The notes beneath the pieces were generated by a model. The model did no database searches. It was not told the origin of the DNA and worked only from the letters and a program-made list of their open reading frames with translations. DNA of 64,000 nt, from NCBI RefSeq assembly GCF_963921235.1, contig NC_086109.1, positions 27,902,001 through 27,966,000 of the forward strand, given 5' to 3'. Both the position numbers and the translations under genes were made by a program. The stretch comes from Mobula hypostoma. Lineage: Eukaryota. Positions 55,301-60,437 of the stretch are shown piece after piece (position 1 is the stretch's first letter; every line of letters begins with the position of its first letter).

Positions 55301-58300
55301 TTTATATGCAGTGAAGCTTATGTCCACAGACGAATTCAAATTTTAATCTCTGGTGATTCATTGTCGATATTTCTTACCGTCTTGTACTCCATCAGCTCCA
55401 TTTGAAGTCGAACAATCTCGGCTCGCAAAGCACTGATTTGTTGACTGGTTTTGTCTTGGTTAACCACAACTTTGTTCTTTATATTTCGGGCTCGATTTGC
55501 ATATTTGAGGGTATTGAGAGTTTCCATGAAGTCACGATCAGATGGGCTAATGCAAGCAATCATGATGGTTCGACTGTAAGGAAGGGAGTGATTTTCATTC
55601 AACTGACAACTGGAAAAATGCTGTAAATATGCTTCAGGCTCTATACCAGGGTTCCCAACCTGGAGTCCATGGACCCCTTGCTTAATGGTAGTGGTCCACG
55701 GCTAACAATGTTAGGAACCCCTGCCCTATATGCCAATATTTTTTTAAAATCTGCATTACTTCTACCGTTGGATATCGTAATAAAGTATTGCAGGTCTGAA
55801 CATTCTAAAATTCAGTTGAAGGAAGAATGTACTAATAATATTTTTTTTGTTTGTGCCATACTCTGCCAGAGCCTCGGCGACCACTTTTCTCAAGTGGTTG
55901 TCTTGGTGGAAAGATTCTGAGAATGGTCCCCCACGTCCTTCTCACAGTGCATGTTTTTTTTTACAAGGCCGAGCTGCGAGCTCGATACCCGACCTGGCAC
56001 GGATGGAAAGCATGCCTGGGAGCGGCCTGACTGGGTTTGAACTCGGGAACCTTCGCTCCGGAGTCCGGCGCTGATGTCACTGCGCCACCAGCCGGCTTAG
56101 TAATAATACATATCCTGCCAATTAGACAAGTCAGTTTTTCTAGGAAGATTAATGATGTACTCTGAGATGGGTTTGTAGAATATTCCGATGGATTCAACAT
56201 TTATTTGAGAAATAAAATTCGATATGCCTGTTAAGAAAGTTCAGAGAAGTAGATTTTCTAATTTTTTTTACTCATGCTTCCTCAACCAACTTTCTGAACT
56301 TCATCCTCAGCCTTTTACTTTGAACTTCTGTAATACTGTACCTTCACAAAAAGGGCTCTGTAATGGATAAATGCAGTGCAGTTGATGACATTAACATTAC
56401 AATCCTATTCTAACCTGCCTTTCAAGCAACATCTCCTCTCACCTCAGTGAAATCTCTCAGATACAGAGTCCACTAATAGCACTCTTCAAATTGCTGAGGT
56501 GAAGATGTTGCTTTGATTTGCAAATTCATGCTCATGTCTGCAGCCATTTCTTCATTCATATCAGTCATTCACTCAGCCTTCTCCATCTCTCCTGCCTTCT
56601 CACTCTCTTCTGCTCCACTGTGTTATTTGATTCTACATTTAAAATGCACTAGGCTACTCTCCTCTTAAATGTTCTACTTCCTGTTTCACTCATTATAAAA
56701 TATACTTATCTCCTTAATTTCATCACTTTGCAGAGCATCTTGCCGAATCTTGGAAAGTTGTGACAGGAAGCCATGCAAGCTGTCCATACTGCAGTAAATA
56801 GGTAGAACCTTCTTATCACATCCCTTTCCAGTTATTAACCCATAACTCTGTGGGTTTTAACCTTCCAAGTGCCAGTCAAAGTACCTATTAAATATAATTA
56901 TGTTTTTCTACCTCTACCAGGCATAGATTTTCAGGCACTCACCTTCTCCAAACTAAAGTAAACAACCTCAGCTTATCCCCTTCTTGCAATTCCACCGTCT
57001 CCGCCGCATCTGCTCTCAGGATGAGGTTTTTCGTTCCAGGACGAGGGAGATGTCCTCCTTTTTTAAAGAAAGGGGCTTCCCTTCCTCCACTATCAACTCT
57101 GTTCTCAAACGCATCTCCCCCATTTCACATACATCTGCTCTCACTCCATCCTCCCGCCACCCCACTAGGAATAGGGTTCCCCTGGTCCTCACCTACCACC
57201 CCACCAGCCTCCAGGTCCAACATAATATTCTCCGTAACTTCTGCCACCTCCAACGGGATCCCACCACTAAGCACATCTTTCCATTCCCCCCCTCTGCTTT
57301 CCGCAGGGATCGCTCCCTACGCAACTCCCTTGTCCATTCGTCCCCCCCATCCCTCCCCACTGATCTCCCTCCTGGCACTTATCCTTGTAAGCGGAACAAG
57401 TGCTACACATGCCCCTGCACTTCCTCCCTTACCACCATTCAGGGCCCCAAACAGTCCTTCCAGGTGAGGCGACACTTCACTTGTGAGTCGGCTGGGATGA
57501 TATACTGCGTCCGGTGCTCCTGATGTGGCCTTCTATATATTGGCGAGACCCGACACAGACTGGGAGACCGCTTTGCTGAACACCTACGCTCTGTCCGCCA
57601 GAGAAAGCAGGATCTCCCAGTGGCCACACATTTTAATTCCACATCCCATTCCCATTCTGACATGTCTATCCACGGCCTCCGCTACTGTAAAGATGAAGCC
57701 ACACTCAGGTTGGAGGAACAACACCTTATATTCCGTCTGGGTAGCCTCCAACCTGACGGCATGAACATCGACTTCTCTAACTTCTGCTAATGCCCCACCT
57801 CCCCTTCGTACCCCATCTGTTTTTTAATTTTATACACACATTCTTTCTCTCACTCTCCTTTTTCTCCCTCTGTCCCTCTGACTATACCCCTTGCCCATCC
57901 TCTGGGTACCCCCCCCTTGTCTTTCTCCCTGGACCTGCTGTCCCATGATCCTCTCATATCCCCTTTGCCAATCACCTGTCCAGCTCTTGGCTCCATCCCT
58001 CCCCCTCCTGTCTTCTCCTATCATTTTGGATCTCCCCCTCCACCTCCCACTTTCAAATCTCCTACTAACTCTTTCTTCAGTTAGTCCTGACAAAGGGTCT
58101 CGGCCTGAAACGTCGACTGTACCTCTTCCCAGAGGTGCTGCCTGGCCTGCTGCATTCACCAGCAACTTTGATGTGTGTTGCTTGAATTCCCAGCATCTGC
58201 AGAATTCCTCTTGTTTGCGTTTTTAAAAAACCTCATCTTATCAATCTTTCCCAAAAAATTACAGTTCTCCAGCTCATGAAATAACATTTCAAACATTCTT

Positions 58301-58938
58301 TGCAACCTTCTTTTTGTAATCATAATTTCTTATAAATTAGTGACCATAATTCCATTGTAACACACACAAAATGCTGGAAGAACTCAGCAGGCGAGGTAGC
58401 ATTAGGGAGTCCTAATGAAGGGTCTCAGCCCAAAACTTCGACTGTACTCTTTTCTATAGATGTTACCTGGCCTGTTGAGTTCCTACAGCATTTTATTTGT
58501 GGTGCTTGGATTTCCAGCATCTGCAGATTTTCTCTTTTGTAGACAAGTTTGTTGGAAAATGACAGAAACATTAGTTGTTCTTTATAAATTTCCTTTGAAG
58601 TATATAGCTGACATATAACATTTGATGGGTAGCAGATTTTCCTCGTCTTTTCTATTACATGGAATAGTATTGTGTAGTATAATTGTTCACTGGCTGAATT
58701 ATAGTGACTGAAACTGCTTTTAAGCCATTGGTTAAAAAATGCTTTTTTTTTATAAATCTCATAAGTAAATACTAAACATAGCTTTTACTGCTTTTTTGTG
58801 TAGATCTGTTGTATTTTAGTACCTGTTTCCTCCCAGTGAATCTTGAAGAAGCCTTGTCAGTTTGGAATCTCTGTATGGCACATGATGGCTCTTCTTGCTT
58901 TGGTCTCCCAGAGCACTGATAACATTTCCCAAGGACAG
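1174..58938 (-). CDS. KIF21B: Kinesin-like protein KIF21B (kinesin-4; motor C-terminal part, coiled coil, WD40 tail); partial spliced gene of 28 exons, 5' exons and last exon not in window
   Basis: 28 exons with AG/GT (one GC) boundaries join in frame to 3893 nt. Peptides include [59 protein letters not shown] and [11 protein letters not shown], which match recalled KIF21B better than KIF21A. Confidence 0.93.
1980..2150 (-). CDS. KIF21B: KIF21B WD40 exon [27 protein letters not shown]...[12 protein letters not shown]
   Basis: 171 nt, AG/GT, ORF 1968..2195. Confidence 0.95.
2730..3325 (-). mobile_element. 3' fragment of a Rex1/Babar-type (CR1/L2 group) LINE
   Basis: ORF 3018..3320 [23 protein letters not shown]...KRLQKV resembles the post-RT region of these LINEs; boundaries approximate. 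Confidence 0.65.
3463..3580 (-). CDS. KIF21B: KIF21B WD40 exon [39 protein letters not shown]
   Basis: 118 nt, AG/GT, ORF 3325..3660. Confidence 0.95.
4394..4558 (-). CDS. KIF21B: KIF21B WD40 exon [54 protein letters not shown]
   Basis: 165 nt, AG/GTAAG. Confidence 0.95.
5293..5487. mobile_element. Fold-back element made of two inverted Penelope-like terminal repeats
   Basis: Left arm cacacacaaaatgcc...gcagcatctatg and right arm catagatgctg...cagcattttgtatgtg flank the centre cttcatcagg-aca-cctgatgaag. Confidence 0.75.
6750..6863 (-). repeat. Penelope-like terminal repeat fragment
   Basis: tctgcagatgctgg...gaactcagcaggtcgggcagcatc...tttcgggccgagaccc, similar to the 3' end of 56978..58223. 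Confidence 0.75.
7126..7306 (-). CDS. KIF21B: KIF21B WD40 exon [26 protein letters not shown]...KCIRTLT
   Basis: 181 nt, AG/GTAAG, ORF 7122..7541. Confidence 0.95.
8388..8550 (-). repeat. Penelope-like terminal repeat fragment with degenerate hammerhead
   Basis: Minus strand reads cagtcCTGATGAagggtccccgcccGAAAtgttaact. Confidence 0.75.
9286..9422 (-). CDS. KIF21B: KIF21B exon [45 protein letters not shown] (first WD40)
   Basis: 137 nt, AG/GT. Confidence 0.95.
10481..10560. mobile_element. Short hAT-like MITE (relatives at about 8884-8936 and 55647-55723)
   Basis: Termini (c/t)agggtttcccaa...ttgggaactcctg and shared internal accaataccattaagcaa. Confidence 0.6.
11671..11709 (-). CDS. KIF21B: KIF21B 39-nt microexon [13 protein letters not shown]
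   Basis: tttgtttgtag|...|gtacaag, symmetric phase 2, matches recalled KIF21[14 protein letters not shown]. Confidence 0.9.
12395..12570 (-). repeat. CR1-like LINE 3' end fragment
   Basis: accataaaaccatagggcataggagcagaattaggccat... tail shared with 30970-31115 and 54890-55190. Confidence 0.6.
12971..14058 (-). mobile_element. Degenerate Penelope-like retroelement 3' part (GIY-YIG region plus terminal repeat)
   Basis: ORF 13598..13972 [29 protein letters not shown] is homologous to ORF 56984..57523; terminal repeat at 12971-13065. Confidence 0.85.
14370..14490 (-). repeat. HE1-like SINE 3' fragment
   Basis: tttatttattgagac...gctgccc...cctaatcatgggacaatttac, similar to 28200-28410 reversed. 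Confidence 0.5.
15558..15727. mobile_element. Fold-back Penelope-terminus element
   Basis: acacacaaaatgcctgaggaactcagcaggccaggcagca...cctgatgaaggatctcggccc...tgttgcctgacctgttcagttcctccaacattttgtgt. Confidence 0.75.
16861..16989 (-). CDS. KIF21B: KIF21B exon [42 protein letters not shown]
   Basis: 129 nt, AG/GTAAGT, conserved TPPSSPP and NVFSRL motifs. Confidence 0.93.
17563..18098. mobile_element. Palindromic mariner-derived MITE, arms about 240 bp, TA target duplication
   Basis: TA-flanked TIR (g)aggggtgattgataagttc; each arm encodes a mariner transposase C-terminus-like peptide ([36 protein letters not shown]). Confidence 0.85.
19125..19231 (-). repeat. Penelope-like terminal repeat fragment (diverged)
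   Basis: acacaagagactacaaatgctagaatctggagc...gaactcaatgcgtcaggcagcatctatgga. Confidence 0.6.
19687..19779 (-). CDS. KIF21B: KIF21B exon [30 protein letters not shown]
   Basis: 93 nt, ctctccacag acceptor (a second in-frame AG lies 6 nt inside), GT donor. Confidence 0.9.
21842..21962 (-). mobile_element. 121-bp Penelope-terminus insertion with 8-bp TSD (atgtaggt), nested in the Tigger element
   Basis: atgtaggt at 21834-21841 and 21963-21970; insert is close to the reverse complement of about 58065-58180. Confidence 0.85.
21902..21947 (-). ncRNA. Type I hammerhead ribozyme (Penelope-derived) with intact core
   Basis: Minus strand UAGUC-CUGACGA-A-GGGUCUCGGCCU-GAAACG-GCGAAA-CGUC|GACUG; stems I, II and III and the GUC triplet can all form. 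Confidence 0.75.
22153..22334 (-). CDS. KIF21B: KIF21B exon [23 protein letters not shown]...QPRSGNTF
   Basis: 182 nt, AG/GTGAGT, ORF 22149..22352. Confidence 0.88.
23624..23681 (-). CDS. KIF21B: KIF21B exon [19 protein letters not shown]
   Basis: 58 nt, strong pyrimidine tract with CAG acceptor, GTAAA donor, phase 2 to 0 bridges neighbours. Confidence 0.85.
24280..24390 (+). repeat. Diverged Penelope-like terminal repeat
   Basis: cagtcctgata...cagatgctgctcgacccactgagttcctc. Confidence 0.55.
25490..25550 (-). CDS. KIF21B: KIF21B exon [19 protein letters not shown]
   Basis: 61 nt, tttttttag acceptor, GTAAG donor, phase 1 to 2. Confidence 0.88.
26197..26359 (-). CDS. KIF21B: KIF21B exon [20 protein letters not shown]...LLQSVSQ
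   Basis: 163 nt, AG/GT, ORF 26150..26356. Confidence 0.93.
26859..26960 (-). CDS. KIF21B: KIF21B exon [34 protein letters not shown]
   Basis: 102 nt, AG/GT, phase 0. Confidence 0.94.
26998..27352 (-). mobile_element. Non-autonomous retroelement/SINE with RTE-like 3' tail
   Basis: Reverse complement of 63084-63428; tail gaagaaggcaatggcaaacc...catgatcgcccatgtcatacga. Confidence 0.7.
28200..28410 (+). mobile_element. HE1-like (V-SINE) fragment with CR1-type tail
   Basis: ctgtaaggagtttgtacgttcttcctgtgacc...cccacagtccaaa...gccagaagggcct...aataaa repeats. Confidence 0.6.
28991..29044 (+). mobile_element. 54-bp 5'-truncated Penelope-like 3' end with 12-bp TSD
   Basis: aaatttaaccag at 28979-28990 and 29045-29056; insert matches about 58163-58217. 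Confidence 0.75.
30352..30543 (-). CDS. KIF21B: KIF21B exon [20 protein letters not shown]...[23 protein letters not shown]
   Basis: 192 nt, AG/GT, ORF 30286..30660. Confidence 0.95.
30970..31115 (-). repeat. CR1-like LINE 3' end fragment
   Basis: acataagaacctaagatataagagcaagaataggccatctggcccgttgagcctgttccaccattcaataagatcatggctgatct. Confidence 0.65.
33461..33611 (-). CDS. KIF21B: KIF21B exon [50 protein letters not shown]
   Basis: 151 nt, AG/GT, regulatory coiled-coil region peptide. Confidence 0.93.
34351..34654 (-). mobile_element. tRNA-derived SINE, full length, 10-bp TSD gtcaccagct
   Basis: A box tggccaagtgg and B-box-like region on minus strand; TSD at 34341-34350 and 34655-34664; same family as 40606 and 52819. 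Confidence 0.85.
35106..35335 (-). CDS. KIF21B: KIF21B exon [18 protein letters not shown]...VNGTRTVR (probable GC donor)
   Basis: 230 nt, TAG acceptor, donor GAG|GCAAGT gives the required phase 2. Confidence 0.88.
35875..36305 (+). mobile_element. Penelope-like element 3' end
   Basis: ggcctccaacctgatgacaggaacatcaat (end of the GIY-YIG ORF), pyrimidine-rich UTR, degenerate hammerhead near 36211-36250. Confidence 0.75.
36340..36820 (+). mobile_element. Rex1/Babar-type LINE 3' fragment
   Basis: [28 protein letters not shown], then ctaccatctgaaggagatacagaagcatc...aacttcttccctcaggctgtgagact. Confidence 0.65.
37166..37234 (-). CDS. KIF21B: KIF21B exon [23 protein letters not shown]
   Basis: 69 nt, AG/GT, phase 0. 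Confidence 0.94.
37330..38177 (+). mobile_element. Non-autonomous Tigger/pogo-like DNA transposon
   Basis: TIRs (c/t)agtggattccagttaattggg and cccaattagctggaatccactg followed by TA; internal [19 protein letters not shown] resembles a pogo transposase. Confidence 0.78.
38256..38363 (-). CDS. KIF21B: KIF21B exon [36 protein letters not shown]
   Basis: 108 nt, AG/GTAAG, phase 0. Confidence 0.94.
38443..38592 (+). repeat. HE1-like SINE fragment
   Basis: gtgggttttctctgggtgctccggattctcccaacattccaaagatgtacgg...gctgtatctctaaataa. Confidence 0.6.
39825..40024 (-). CDS. KIF21B: KIF21B exon [25 protein letters not shown]...EMRKTK
   Basis: 200 nt, AG/GT, ORF 39726..40019. Confidence 0.95.
40606..40900 (+). 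mobile_element. tRNA-derived SINE
   Basis: A box tagccaagtgg, B box gttcgaacc; homologous to 34351-34654. Confidence 0.85.
41300..42085 (-). mobile_element. Degenerate CR1-like LINE ORF2 fragments
   Basis: Minus-strand RT-like remnants ([15 protein letters not shown]; fragments resembling FADDTK) similar to 51430-52120. Confidence 0.55.
42095..42475. mobile_element. Compound Penelope-terminus array: fold-back pair followed by a further tandem copy
   Basis: Three copies of the gaactcagcag/ctgctgagttc terminal repeat, first inverted, plus two aaatctgcaga starts. Confidence 0.75.
43040..43340 (+). repeat. LINE 3' tail fragment (Rex/Babar or L2 type)
   Basis: ccacaacctatgaactcactttcaaagactct...tatacatgtactttgataataaatttacattgaactttt, inverse of the 2730-2830 tail. 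Confidence 0.55.
44470..44658 (-). CDS. KIF21B: KIF21B exon [41 protein letters not shown]...RVLKNL
   Basis: 189 nt, AG/GT, conserved KIF21 coiled-coil peptide. Confidence 0.95.
45322..45587 (-). mobile_element. HE1-like tRNA-derived SINE
   Basis: Minus strand gtggcatggtagtgttgtggttagc...gacccaggttaagttc...gtgggtttcctctgagtg...cccacattccaaagatatgcagg, A-rich tail. Confidence 0.7.
46657..46753 (-). CDS. KIF21B: KIF21B acidic exon [32 protein letters not shown]
   Basis: 97 nt, AG/GT, phase 0 to 1. Confidence 0.9.
47615..48416 (+). mobile_element. Solo LTR (802 bp), Gypsy- or ERV-like
   Basis: Termini TGTGAC...GTGACA, 4-bp TSD agag (47611-47614 and 48417-48420), AATAAA near 48329. Confidence 0.8.
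48747..49098 (-). mobile_element. Penelope-like element 3' UTR and terminal repeat
   Basis: aaagtctgcagatgctggaaattc...gaggaactcagcagg...ccttcttcaggactg, then purine-rich UTR. Confidence 0.75.
49105..49445 (-). mobile_element. Rex1/Babar-type LINE 3' fragment
   Basis: ORF 49335..49523 [27 protein letters not shown] 49122..49328 [17 protein letters not shown]. Confidence 0.7.
49522..49889 (+). mobile_element. Non-autonomous Tc1-like element, 5'-truncated
   Basis: Homologous to 59628-60194; ends in TIR palindrome cactcagtgggcactttattagg...taataaagtggccactgagtg. Confidence 0.75.
50189..50264 (-). CDS. KIF21B: KIF21B exon [25 protein letters not shown]
   Basis: 76 nt, AG/GT, phase 2 to 0. Confidence 0.88.
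51165..51380 (-). CDS. KIF21B: KIF21B exon [19 protein letters not shown]...[10 protein letters not shown]
   Basis: 216 nt, AG/GT, ORF 51161..51370. Confidence 0.93.
51430..52120 (-). mobile_element. CR1-like LINE reverse transcriptase fragment
   Basis: FVWGKSCLN...[12 protein letters not shown] and downstream fragments resembling PQGSVLGP and KFADDT. Confidence 0.75.
52540..52765 (+). repeat. CR1-like LINE 3' end
   Basis: gtgaatgtgtggaattcattgcc...ggctgtggaggccaagtcattggg...gactcaatgggtcaattggcctaattttgctcctatg. Confidence 0.65.
52819..53120 (-). mobile_element. tRNA-derived SINE
   Basis: Same family as 34351-34654 and 40606-40900. Confidence 0.85.
53160..53223 (-). CDS. KIF21B: KIF21B exon [20 protein letters not shown]
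   Basis: 64 nt, ttctgcag acceptor, GT donor, phase 1 to 2 fits neighbours. Confidence 0.92.
54323..54512 (-). CDS. KIF21B: KIF21B exon [27 protein letters not shown]...QIIASA
   Basis: 190 nt, AG/GT, within ORF 54258..54572. Confidence 0.93.
54890..55190 (-). repeat. CR1-like LINE 3' end
   Basis: gaccataaagcacaggagcagagttaggc...atactttccacagattcaccaccctccggctaaagaaattc. Confidence 0.65.
55378..55573 (-). CDS. KIF21B: KIF21B exon (motor end/neck) [33 protein letters not shown]...MEYKT
   Basis: 196 nt, AG/GT, within ORF 55336..55602. Confidence 0.95.
55647..55723. mobile_element. Short hAT-like MITE
   Basis: TIR cagggttcccaac...gttaggaacccctg; imperfect 8-bp TSD ctctatac/ccctatat. Confidence 0.65.
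55841..56096 (-). mobile_element. tRNA-derived SINE (second family, CpG-rich, poly-A tail)
   Basis: Minus strand gccggctggtggcgcagtg (A box)...gagttcaaaccc (B box)...acaaacaaaaaaaa. Confidence 0.75.
56978..58223 (+). mobile_element. 5'-truncated Penelope-like retroelement (GIY-YIG endonuclease region, 3' UTR, hammerhead-type terminal repeat)
   Basis: ORF 56984..57523 continues past a TGA as [31 protein letters not shown]...HFNSTSH...[18 protein letters not shown]; 19-bp TSD with 2 mismatches (56959-56977 and 58224-58242). Confidence 0.92.
58359..58540. mobile_element. Fold-back Penelope-terminus element
   Basis: acacacacaaaatgctggaagaactcagcagg...agtcctaatgaagggtctcagccc...cctgttgagttcctacagcatttt...ccagcatctgcagattttc. 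Confidence 0.75.
58823..58938 (-). CDS. KIF21B: KIF21B exon (motor domain) [38 protein letters not shown]
   Basis: 116 nt, AG/GT flanks, kinesin [10 protein letters not shown] motif. Confidence 0.93.
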
Positions 58939-59627
58939 CTTCAGTCAAAGACCAAAATGAGAGATTCAGTTAGAAAGGCAACTGAGTGGTATATCTAATC
59001 TTTTAATTTGATCAATGCCATACACTTCTAAGGTGACCTCCCTTAAACATATTGAACTCAATTGTTTCAAACTCATTAATGGTAAAAATCCAATTCTTCC
59101 ATTCCTGAAATTTTAAGCTTTTATGCTTTCTGGACTGAGGACAACATATACTATATTTTAGGTAGAGAAAAATCAATATATGAAGTACGGTGCTCTGAAT
59201 GTGTGAAAATCTTAAATATAGTAGAGGGGCAGACGCTGGGTTACTCAGTAAACAATAGCTAAATAATGTGTCTTACAATTTGGAAGTTTTGATTTTCAAA
59301 GTAACAGAAGAAGTGAGAAACACGATTAAAAGAGAGATTTGATTAATATAATGTGTAACTTGTATTTCTTGAGAATATTGAACTGATAATGGACAAAATA
59401 GTGAACTTAACCAAAGCAGATTACTTCACAGTCGTGCACGTGTTACAGGAGTTACAGAGCTTACTATCAGGAACACTATATCTCTGCAGCCGTGGATTCC
59501 ATTCTAACATCATCATTTAATAGGAAAGCTCTTCACTCTCTTTATATCTTTACTTTCATCTTTATCTCTCAACATCATCCTTCAATAGCTCCAATACTGA
59601 GCTCTGAGACACACCTTCATCAGTATG

Positions 59628-60194
59628 CAGTCAGTGACCCCTTTATTACGAGACAACTGCTCGATAATGCCAATATCTAATCAGTCAGTCATGTGGCAGG
59701 CACTCAAAGTATAAAAGCATGCAGACATTGTCAACAGGTTCAGTTGTTGTTCAGACCAAACAAACAGAATGGGGAAGAAATGTGATCTAAGTGACTTTGA
59801 CAATGCAATGGTTGTTGGTGTCAGACAATGTGGTTTGAATGTCCCAGAAACTGTTGATCTCCTGGGATTTTCACACATAACAGTCCCTAAATTTTGCAGA
59901 GAATGCTGTGAAAAACACACAAAAAAATCCACTGAGCAGTAGTTTTATGGGCGAAAACTCCTTGTTAATGAGAGAAGTCAGAGGAGATTGGCCAGACTGG
60001 TTCAAGCTGATAAGAAGGTGACAGTAACTCAAAGAACCACACATTACCAACTGTGGTGTGCAGAGGGTTATCTCTGAATGCACAACACATCAAATCTTGA
60101 AGTGGATGGGTTACAGCAGCAGAAGATAATGAACATACACTTAGTGTCCAATTTATTAGGTACAGCAGGTACTGAATAAAGTGGCCACTGAGCA
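59628..60194 (+). mobile_element. Non-autonomous Tc1-like element with truncated transposase N-terminus
   Basis: Reads MGKKCDLSDFDNAMVVG...ETVDLLGFSH...ARLVQADKKVTVTQ...LKWMGYSSRR; TIR of cactcagtggccactttatt type; TA at the right end. Confidence 0.8.
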
Positions 60195-60437
60195 TATTTG
60201 AGGAGACAATTCACAGTGCAAGAAAATCTCCAGTGTGCTTCATCTTTTCCTTTCAGAACAAGGAAGTGCTCTGTTACTATGAAACATTCCATGCTAAGGT
60301 TTACATACCTTTTAAACTACATCTTAGCATAGTTCATTCCATTAAATACACAACTATCACAGCGAACAACATAAAAAAAACTTGCACTCTTGTTCAGCAA
60401 CTTTCAAAACCTCGTTCCCCCAAAATGATTTACCACT

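Noticed and set aside
1174..58938. Assignment as KIF21A
   Set aside because: Peptides such as [35 protein letters not shown] and RTAPLQC fit recalled KIF21B better; a phylogeny would be decisive
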